DNA from: Paecilomyces variotii
Taxonomy: Eukaryota
Strand: one strand, 5' to 3'
Assembly: GCA_004022145.1 (NCBI GenBank)
Contig: RCNU01000002.1
DNA: 64,000 bases
Below, one piece after another: positions 26,784 through 35,787 of the stretch. Each line of letters opens with the position of its first letter. Position 1 is the first letter of the stretch. The notes under the pieces were generated by a model, which searched no databases, was not told the origin of the DNA, and saw nothing but the letters and a program-made list of their open reading frames with translations. The translations under genes and the position numbers were made by a program.

Positions 26784-27849
26784 TTAGACTCCATTCGTCT
26801 TGACGTTGCCAGGAACAAGCCTAACATCATACTCCAGCTCAAGCGCAGCTTGAGGATCATCCTTTCGAGGAACGAAGTCCACAATCAAAGAGTCCTTGAC
26901 CGCAAAGACAGAGTCGTTAGTGAGGTAGCGATCGCTGCGGTCGAAGATCTGTGTCGTCAGAGGCCTGTAGCCCTCGTATGTCACCTGAGGGGAGTTAGCT
27001 GCGCTATTTCTTCACATGTAGCTGAGAAGAGATCAGGATGTCATCTTACCAGGAGATGGATGTGTGCAGGACGGAATGGATGTCTGTCCATAAGTTCCAA
27101 TAGCTTTCCAGCGGGGCCTAAGTGAACATCAAGTGTCAGACCATGCGGTAACGACGGTGTGGGGACTGCACATACCATCATCTGGAACTGGATAAGGAGT
27201 AGGTCTCAAGCAGTAGAAGTAGTATCTGCCATCCGCATCCGTGGTGAATTTACCCCGTAGGTTGTGCTCGACCTGGTTCGGATCCTGCTGCTCATACAAG
27301 CCGTTGGTCGAGGCCTCCCAGGCTTCAACGACCGCACCAACGAGTGGCTTCTTCGTGACAAAGTCCACCACTCTGCCGTGCATGAAGACCATCTCTCCAT
27401 CGTCGACGCCCGTCACCATGTTGTCACCATTCTTCCGGTGGGGAGTATCGTGACGGAAGAAAGGTCCCAGGATGGCGGTTGCGGTGGGTGCATCTGCTGC
27501 CTGTTCAGCCAGCTTGAAGGTGATCTCGTCCACAAGGCTGTGCTTCCTTTAGTATATAACCCTCTTCGGTGTGTCTGCTGCTATCAGAAGTATGTACTTA
27601 CGACTCCAGTCCGATGACATCGCACAGAAGTTGGCCCTCGTTTCGTTTGTGATCACTCATCTGACCGGCCCGATTGATGAAATTCACACCGGTCATCCAC
27701 TCATCAACAGTGATTTCATTCTCCCGTGCAAAGTCATGAATATGCCTTATCAGACTGCTCATGACCTGACGCATGCGGGGAGACGTCTTAGGGCCCATGG
27801 CGTTGATGACATTGTCTGTGAAGTTGGGGTCGAATCGATGAGTCGCCAT
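26784..27849 (-). CDS. Intradiol ring-cleavage dioxygenase (catechol 1,2-dioxygenase type)
   Basis: Four exons; N-terminal dimerisation helix ([19 protein letters not shown]), ILGPF, and Fe(III) ligands in [15 protein letters not shown] and [20 protein letters not shown]. Confidence 0.95.
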
Positions 27850-28542
27850 GGTTAGGTAGTTCGTTTTTGAGGTCCTTCTTCCCGTTTCTACGTATGCAAG
27901 TTCTAACTGGATGCCTGGACACGAGGGACGAGGAATGGGATCACTCTATATTAGAGGTAGAGAAATAAGCTTTTGGAGAAATCTGGGGAAACTATAAACC
28001 AAAAAGAACAAGGAGCATGAGACACCAGCATCCGAGCGCATATGACCTTATTTATTGAGTTAGAGAGAACGGTTGAATTGATAATCATAGCGGAATGTTT
28101 GGAGTCCAGCTCGTGCCACCTGAGATGCATGTCTGTTCCGAAGGTCACCTCCAAAGACCCCGCTAAGAAGTCCGCAGCCTCGGATCACCTAGTTCTCAGA
28201 ACAGTAATACCTAACTAATCCCGTCCAGACAGCCGGTGACTGGTACTTGTCGGATACGGTCCATCCTCGATCCGAGCAGAATACCACAGCGACAGCAGAG
28301 TCGCTCCTCTGCAACCCCACACCGTTTCGGATCGAAGACAAGGACTAGTTACTTATATAATAAACGTTAAGTTAGGGCACGTGGCTAGGGCTGTGGCCCT
28401 GTAATTATCCTATTCCTGACACCTAATTGGATCATACCCCAGAACATACCCCGCGTCGAGCGAAGATCGGATGTACGGAGTAATAATAATACAGTAGTAG
28501 TATGCCTCTCAGCTACACATAATTGTGCATTTGTATTCAATA

Positions 28543-28920
28543 CAGTAAATCCTAGCTATAACGAATTGAATCAGACCGGCACTTTTGTTCGTTATAGCGT
28601 GGTATTCGTTATATCAAATATTAGGGAAAGGTAATTTACGTCATGTGATCATGGTAAAGAGGAGAAATTTTTCAATATTATGTAATAGATACCTGAAAAT
28701 AAAGGGATTTTATTGGCTATTTCAGGATTTTTACACGTGACATATTACTTGTTATAACGAATCCCCATACAAAAATGACAGCCAGCTAGGGATTTGTACC
28801 GAATTTCGTTATAGGGCAGATTTAACGAATTTTGTATGGGGGTTTGAATTAGACACGCTGTTCGGTTCGTTACAGCGAAAAATTCGTTATAGCTAGGTTC
28901 GTTATAGCGAGGGTTTACTG
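28543..28920. mobile_element. 378-bp non-autonomous Tc1/mariner-pogo-type MITE
   Basis: TIRs CAGTAAATCCTAGCTATAACGAA and (reverse complement) CAGTAAACCCTCGCTATAACGAA, 2 mismatches in 23; TA on both flanks (28541-42, 28921-22); repeated internal TTCGTTATA motifs; no coding capacity. Confidence 0.9.
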
Positions 28921-29031
28921 TAATAATCATTCGGCGTCCCCTTACAAAGTGTGTCATTCTTCTGAGATCTTGACAAAATCCTTATTCAATGATATCCCCT
29001 GCTCCAAGGATCTGAAATTAATTACCTAATA

Positions 29032-31259
29032 AGTCGGCTTACAAAGCGAACACCAGGTGATCTGTCAATCATCCGTTTGCGGCAGATTCTTTGAACTGAT
29101 TATAGGGTTGAACCCACTAGGTTATTAGATCACTAGGATCTAGATTCTTTGTATGCTCAAGATAGATATGGGATCAAATCGTCACTAGAATTGGAGGTGA
29201 GCACGCAGTTCAAGTCATATAGGTAGACGTTGCTTCCGTGCTCAGGAATTCGACAGTATATCTCCCTCGTTCGGGTCAAGCTGAGGTAGCGATAGATTCA
29301 TTCCCCTTAATAATGGAGTTTTCCGATGCTCTTGGCAAATATGGCCCCACGAAAATGTGACGCAGATGCTTATATCAAATAATAGAGCATAGAGCAATAT
29401 GCTAGGACTTTTCTGAATACCAAGAATATGGAAGTTGTCTTACCTAGTAGTCTTTCCGGTGTGGGGAACTTGGGCTGCAACACGTCTCTACTACCCGCAA
29501 CCAAGATGATACACACTATCTTGAACCCACGGTCAGATTCCATTTGTTCGTATAGTAAGCCAAGTCTACAAGTTTTTCATTTCTAGTCTAGGGATTTGAC
29601 CCGCTCACTTTGTCCTGTTCAAGCAGAGTAAGGAAGATGTCCTTGAGCCTATAAAGAAATCCAATGATCCGAGCGCGATTTTGCAATGATAAAAGACCCT
29701 TTAGTAACTTTCGCGATCGAAGAGCAAGAAATTGCCAATCAACAGGTGTTCTATTATCGATCAGATCTTGAAATTCAAAGATCAACTCTGTATGGCAACG
29801 GCTCTGCCAGTACGTATCAGGTAACCGCCATCCGAACGCAGTGAGGATATTTTCTGCATCCTGGCTATGTTGATCATAATCAATTGTCTCAATTATCATG
29901 ATTGATATTTCGAGAGGAATGTGAGATAAGATTGACTGCTGCTGTCGTTTCTGCCGGTGCGGCTGTGGGGGATCCTTATCTCGACAGGAAGAGGCCTTCC
30001 GTGCACGAGCTTTTTGAATGAGATCCCTGATATCTGATATAAGTACTGGATTTCGCCCTGTCGGCGCCGTCTTTTCCCACGGATGATTGCCATGGAGACA
30101 TTCGCTTCCCTCATGCTTGAAACAGAACTCCTTAGGAGAAGGTGTCAAATACCACCACTTATTGTTTTCCTTCCAGAACTGCAAAACTGCTTTTACAAAA
30201 TTCTTGAGATTGGCTTCTACCAATATCTGCCCAATGACACGGTCAACGAGTAGCCAGCAGTGTGGGTGAACCGTATACCCAATTTCTTGATCCTTTTCCT
30301 TGTTTGTGTCCTGACCTAATATATTCGCTGTGTGAAAATAAGCAAAATCTCTGTTAGAGCTTGGGCACGGCCATGGCCCGGCAAGGTAAGCAAGCCCCGA
30401 ATCACGTGGGACTGGCGTGGCAGTACATGCATTGAGGTTCAGTTGATTAATAGTAATCCCTGAGATTGCGAAGTGGTCATTCTTCGATTTGTGGAGAACT
30501 ATACATTTATATATTTAGATCTATATTAGTAAACAATGTACGCATTCCATCCGTAATTCCTAATATGGAGGTAAAAGGAGAAGGGGAAGGACAAGGAATC
30601 ATAATACTTGTTCTATAAAGGCACATCCACAACCAAGGTTCGCTGTGAAAATATATGCTCTCGAGTTGCTTTGCTTGTACTGTCACAGTCGACGTTGGGT
30701 TTGCAAATTGTTTCCACTCCTTATAATCCTCGAATGTTGGATCCGGTGAACCGCAGATCATTACTCCGCATACTATACAGCATTCATACGGGTCTCGAAA
30801 ATGCGTATCAATAAAGAGAGCTTGATGCATTATTTGAGAATAAGCTTGTTGTACTCCAATCAGAATAAAAAATGTATGAAATGCAAGATGAGACAATATC
30901 TGCTATATACAAGTAATATAATTCAAGACAGTTATTATGTTGTTCTGATGTCATTCTGAGCCTTTCATTCTAGGCAGCATATGACTTTCTGTACGTAGTC
31001 GTCCTAAGTGTCAAGCCGGAGCTAGCCTCAATTATTCAAAGGAAATGGAATTATGTCGAATCCTTGAGCACAGAAGCGAGGCCTGACCTAAACGACTTGA
31101 ATTGCTTGCTTGCTTCTAGATCTGGGGGGATTTGACCCCATATTTATCTTGAGCATACAAAGAACCTAGATCCTAGTAATCTAGTATAATCAGGATTCAA
31201 AGAATCTATCGCAAACGGATGATTGACAGATCATCTGGCGTTCATTTTGTAAGCCGACA
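29032..31259. mobile_element. 2.2-kb segment bounded by 130-150 bp inverted repeats and carrying a gene (putative non-autonomous TIR transposon)
   Basis: Arm 29033-29180 aligns to the reverse complement of 31129-31258 with transition substitutions and two indels; TA immediately outside both ends (29030-31, 31260-61); no transposase inside. Confidence 0.7.
29588..30830 (-). CDS. F-box-like protein with a CxxC...HxxC motif (about 377 aa), cargo of the inverted-repeat segment
   Basis: Exon 1 30830-30608 (CIVCG), intron GTATTA...ACTAAT...TAG at 30607-30499, exon 2 30498-29588 open and in frame (FAISG, GYTVHPHCW, F-box-like SHIPLEISIMIIETI, LQNRARI). Confidence 0.75.
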
Positions 31260-31676
31260 TATACACACAATATTAAATGAAACACGCTGTTTACAGTCAA
31301 CTACAGTATTTCTTCAGAGGTAATGCCCCATCAGTGGTTATATCGATGTCTTTTCCTGCATGAACCCACTGGAGAATGTATCCAGATCGGCAACATCTTC
31401 TAGCTATTGTGCTATTTTCAGTTTACTTTCTAGGCGTGGTTAGGTGAAGATTATAGTAACTTCCTAGCAACAGGGAAATCGTATTGGACACTAAATACTT
31501 CTAGCGAAAGGGGTTCCTTATATCTGGACTTGTGCAAAGTTGAAAATGGAAGACAGCAAATCCTAGTAACGTTAAAGACCAAAGAGTTCTCTCTAATTCT
31601 CACTCCTGCGTCGAGTATCCCTAACCGGCTCAATTGTCGTCCTTAATACTGGACCCTTCGTCCTCAGTGGCATCCA

Positions 31677-32861
31677 TCATTGAAAGTATGGTGGTTCAGC
31701 ACCATGGAGTTTGTATTTCTGTTTTCTAGGGACGATGAACGTCTCAAATTGACCTCCGTTATACACAGTACCGGTTTCTGGATTATACATTCTATCCAGC
31801 CACTGCGAAAATGCCCGACAATTATCAACGAAGGCAGTATTGACATATATATATGATGCTCTGATCCATATGCGTTCAAATCCAGTTATAAGGGGTCCAA
31901 CGTAGCGAGAGATATGGAGCTCGATCATATCATCGGAAGTAATTATCATCCAATATTCCGCTCCACAGAGATAGCAAGAGCGCACAAAACCTGGATTGAT
32001 ATCTCGAAGAAACCTTTTTGCAAACCTATCAATTCTGGCGTGCGGGCATATCGGAAGCCTTAAAGTTCGACATAGATGGTCAAAGCCATCGAGACCAAGA
32101 TCCGAGATCCTCCCAAGATAGAACCGGGATATAAGGTGGTTGGTGCCTGGATTGAACTCCACATGCTCAGAAAAGCAGCCGCCAGCCTGGACTGTGACAG
32201 GTAATGTAAAATCCTTTACTCCATACATTAAGGCCCGCAGCTCGGCAAATACCATTTCATAACATATGCCAACCCATATCATCCTCGACTTATAGCGACA
32301 GCTGCGAGTGACTGCTATTGAGCAATTTTGCCTCTGCTCTTCAATTGAGAACTTCAAATTAACAGGTTTTAATAGGCCGGGAAAGCTTGATTTTGGGTGA
32401 GTTGTTGTGCACGCCCAACAACAAAAGGACCTGATGCCTTTCCCACAAAGTTTGTCAAATTCCATTAAGCGGAGGATATGAAAACGACCTTCGATAAAGT
32501 CCCAAGTTGGGTAGACTTTTGCATCCAGCAACTGTTGTATATTAACAAAAGTTTGAATACTGGTTCTCGCGTTCCAGAAACGAGCGCAGCTTATCATAAG
32601 ACAAAAGGTCTCAGCCATAGGAAGATACTGACAAATGTGATAGATCAATTCGAGAGGTAGAGTGTATAGAGATGCTGGATGTTGCCCATTAAGGGTTCGT
32701 ATTGTGTTCAGCCGTACTGAGTTGGCAATTTTCATTAATGCTTTATGATGCCCTCTCCTATAACCTATTAGAGGAGGCATTTTGTACAATGAGTATGGTA
32801 AAGAGTACAGATTGAGAGCTGGTGAACAGAATGTGAGGTGCGCCGCCTTAAGGAAATCCAT
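31677..32861 (-). CDS. F-box domain protein with Cys/His-rich motifs
   Basis: 394-aa single-exon ORF; F-box SLYTLPLELIYHICQYLPMAETFCLMISCARFW; CWACTTTH, LPICPH and CYLC motifs. The true start may be the downstream MPPLIG. Confidence 0.8.
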   Translation of the reverse strand: MDFLKAAHLTFCSPALNLYSLPYSLYKMPPLIGYRRGHHKALMKIANSVRLNTIRTLNGQHPASLYTLPLELIYHICQYLPMAETFCLMISCARFWNARTSIQTFVNIQQLLDAKVYPTWDFIEGRFHILRLMEFDKLCGKGIRSFCCWACTTTHPKSSFPGLLKPVNLKFSIEEQRQNCSIAVTRSCRYKSRMIWVGICYEMVFAELRALMYGVKDFTLPVTVQAGGCFSEHVEFNPGTNHLISRFYLGRISDLGLDGFDHLCRTLRLPICPHARIDRFAKRFLRDINPGFVRSCYLCGAEYWMIITSDDMIELHISRYVGPLITGFERIWIRASYIYVNTAFVDNCRAFSQWLDRMYNPETGTVYNGGQFETFIVPRKQKYKLHGAEPPYFQ

Positions 32862-34095
32862 TCTTATAGTTTATTACGAACTCTGAACGTAAGATATCGG
32901 TAGCGCTCTATAGGGTTCGCCCACACCTTTCCCCGTAGGATTTAGCCCATCGCACAGTAGATAGTAATACTATATAGCCTGATTCAGCCACTGGTTAATG
33001 AATCTAAGGAATCTGTACCTTCACATCCTTGAGGTCGTCGGCCTCCAAGATAATACATAGTGATGACTGTGCGTAGTGAGAGATCATACAGTACCTACTA
33101 AGTTACATCTTAGATAACCACTCGACCAAAACGGAGAATCTCCGGTTCGTCTTTTATCTAACTCCAACGTAGCTAGTAAAACTACCTAACCACTTCAACC
33201 ACCAATTAGTCCCTACACATGCACGAGGGATCAACACAGGACTCAACCAGGTATTATGTATCAGATAAGGTCATCGACTTTTCCATCTTGGACAGAAAGC
33301 GGACTATGGCTAATTTATTCTGAGGTACATAAGGTATACATGTTTTCTAGTCCTCCAATTTCTCAATCTACCGTCTTCCCCATTAGGCTGCATTGACAGA
33401 GAGGCTCAATGTGGAAGTATCCCACTTCGACGGAGTGAACGAGGCGTTTGAATATTGAAAAGCGGCTTTAGTTATTGAATAGGCCCGGATCGTTGGTCTG
33501 TATTGATAGGCTCCCAACTGTATGGATGCTGATGTGGAACAGTAAAGCACCATGACAAATCTGGTTTCTTGGACACCATTTGGAGGATGACGGCTTTATG
33601 ATAGGGATTGGGTCGACTCGTTTGATCTCCGGTGTGCGAAGGCATGGAGAGTGGTTAATTCTCTGGGTTGAAACAATAGCCAATGGTTCAAAACAGCTTG
33701 CAAAAATTGAAATGGACGGCAACAGTTTCAGTTGAATGGAGAGACAGCCCAGAAGGAAAATTCGAAGAGCAGCTCAATATAGCTACAGCCAGATGCCGTA
33801 CCTTTTGGGAAAGTCATAGCTCGATTTTCTGTATCTGCGACTGTTCTGCATCGAGGAAATCGGGTCCTTGGATTGAGAAGCGCCTCGATCATGCGTTGTT
33901 GAATGGAGCGGTTCGATTGAAGCTTTGTTCATGAAATCGATTTGATGCCTGGTTCTTGTGAGTTCATCTTGGTTTCCCCGTCACCAGCACCAGAAGTGTG
34001 AATTCGACGCTCCAGTCGAGGCACCGGTGCCCTCCGCAAGGCACTGGTGAAATAGTATGACCTCCTTCACTTCCTCCCCTATCTCTATATACCTC

Positions 34096-34353
34096 TCATC
34101 CTCCTCCTCCTTCTCCCTCTCCACTTTCCTGCCGCTGGGCCTGCTGCCCTACCCCGTGCTCGATAGCTTCCAGCCAGAGCACCGCATAGGCGAACGCCGT
34201 CGCCGCCTTCCATGCTCGTGGCAGAGTATCCAGTTCCTCCCCAAGGCTCCATGCCTCTTGGGCTGCCCTCTTTCCGGTCACGAGAACATGTATACCTACG
34301 CAAACGTAGGCCACCGCCGTCATGACGGTTACAAAGTCTCTGATCACAGCCAT
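34096..34353 (-). CDS. Possible small two-helix membrane protein (about 85 aa)
   Basis: GC-rich ORF in an AT-rich island, MAVIRDFVTVMTAVAYVCVGIHVLV...AWKAATAFAYAVLWLEAI, with two hydrophobic segments; no family recognised. Confidence 0.3.
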   Translation of the reverse strand: MAVIRDFVTVMTAVAYVCVGIHVLVTGKRAAQEAWSLGEELDTLPRAWKAATAFAYAVLWLEAIEHGVGQQAQRQESGEGEGGGG

Positions 34354-34670
34354 GATTACAGCGAAACCGAAGACCGGAAAAGACAGGAAGGAAATATAGG
34401 AAGAAATGAATGGAAGAAATGAATGCGAAAGAGGACATAATTGACCTCTGGGGGGCACCAGTAATGGAAACAGCAGTTTTGGGAAGGCTCAAAGCTCAAA
34501 TGTCACCATCAGCACCTGCCTCCTCCGGTATTCGTATAAGCTGCAAGGTGCGAGCAGTATCTGGATTCTGATGACAACACAAGCTCCCCTACCTGCTACA
34601 AACAGCAGTAGTCACGGTATAGTTTGATTCCCCTTTATCAGAAATTGTACATACTCATGATTTGTAGTAC

Positions 34671-35168
34671 ATGAGCATACCCGCCATCGCGCACGAAGTT
34701 AATGATCTCCGAAAAGACAGCGATGAATCTGCAATATACGGCATCTGGGATGTCATCCTGAACTGGACTTTTCCAGTCACAGCGGGATATATCACCCGTC
34801 CACAAGTAAGCCATTCGTTTCATGACGGCAAGAGAGGATATTCAGATTTTCATACATTCGAATTGGGAGTGCAACCGTGGAAACTCTTCCTCATCACACA
34901 GTGCAAGGCGTACAAACTGCAGAGTTATGAGTCTGTTTGGGATAATGGATACTTCCAGTTGCGAGAGTATATCCGCTCCCAGCACCCTGACAGGACTGCC
35001 ACCTCCCCTATTTACGAGATCTTAGCTGTTGGGCAGCGCGTGAGCTTCTTCTTATTCAACCCTGTAACCCAGCACCTGCATGCATGGCGGCCAAGTGCTC
35101 AGTGGGCATTGGCACATCATACTGCTCATGGAAAGCGTCGGATTTCTAAATGTGAAATGCCATTCTAA
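34671..35168 (+). CDS. PD-(D/E)xK restriction-endonuclease-like fold protein (possibly incomplete)
   Basis: E...W..IL...FP...GY...PQ, GYSDF, LITQCK, W....QLREY and IYEILAVG..VSFF, in the order expected for the REase-fold core with a QLxxY helix. Confidence 0.6.
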   Translation: MSIPAIAHEVNDLRKDSDESAIYGIWDVILNWTFPVTAGYITRPQVSHSFHDGKRGYSDFHTFELGVQPWKLFLITQCKAYKLQSYESVWDNGYFQLREYIRSQHPDRTATSPIYEILAVGQRVSFFLFNPVTQHLHAWRPSAQWALAHHTAHGKRRISKCEMPF

Positions 35169-35380
35169 TATGTATCTAGCTAATAAAATATATAGCCTCT
35201 AGCTACTAAACTAATTGCCCATTCTGATATCTCCAATGTAGACATCCGTAGCCAAGTATCAACATCGCATCCTCCCTCTATCCACCCATCTCCACGTGAC
35301 CACATCCTTCCCCTTTAGGCAATCCCCCCAAACAAAGAACACCCCTATATATTCCAGAATAACATAACCCCAATCAACAG

Positions 35381-35631
35381 CGGAGTCCAGATGGCGTAGT
35401 GGTCTGGAAAACCACCCACAGCTCCATCTAGCTAGAGGCTCCCTGTTCGAACCTCGGGGTCGGCGTGAGGGCGTCAGAGCCAAAAAGATTGCTCTGGGCT
35501 CCAGTGACCGTCAGAAACGTTCCTCAGTTCTTAGAGATTGCAAAAGCCTGCCCGCCAAAAGCAAGGTGGGCTTTTCGTAGCACCCCACGGCTCTCTGATA
35601 TAAAGGAGAGGTGAGGGTGTGAGCTTTTTTT
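35381..35631 (+). ncRNA. Putative RNA polymerase III-transcribed structured ncRNA (about 250 nt), not a canonical tRNA
   Basis: TATATA at about 35346-35351, A box TGGCGTAGTGG 35392-35402, B box GTTCGAACC 35445-35453, several G-U-containing helices, T7 at 35625-35631. Confidence 0.65.
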
Positions 35632-35650
35632 GAATTCGGCTTTTTTTTTT
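35625..35650 (+). terminator. Pol III-type oligo(T) terminator (T7, with a T10 backup)
   Basis: T7 at 35625-35631 directly after the last hairpin and T10 at 35641-35650. Confidence 0.6.
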
Positions 35651-35787
35651 ATTTGATGCTTTTCTTAAATGCTGGTTTATAGACACGGAGGACGCTTGTG
35701 TTCAAGCTGCCCTTGCATACACTTTGAACAGCCATTAGGTTGATACCGGATACGAGTTCAGATTGAATTATATCTAAGCTATCATAC

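Noticed and set aside
28557-28910. CRISPR-like repeat array (recurring TTCGTTATA)
   Set aside because: Eukaryotic context; short, irregularly spaced repeats in both orientations, explained by the MITE.
33300-33990. Short overlapping ORFs within the island
   Set aside because: All under 90 aa with no motif; may be decayed coding sequence but cannot be assigned.
28500-35300. Starship or other autonomous transposon
   Set aside because: No tyrosine recombinase (captain), DDE transposase, reverse transcriptase or helicase ORF is visible.
35385-35465. Canonical tRNA gene
   Set aside because: A and B boxes are present, but I could not form an acceptor stem or anticodon arm, and the terminator lies about 170 nt past the B box. 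Reported as an unknown Pol III RNA instead.
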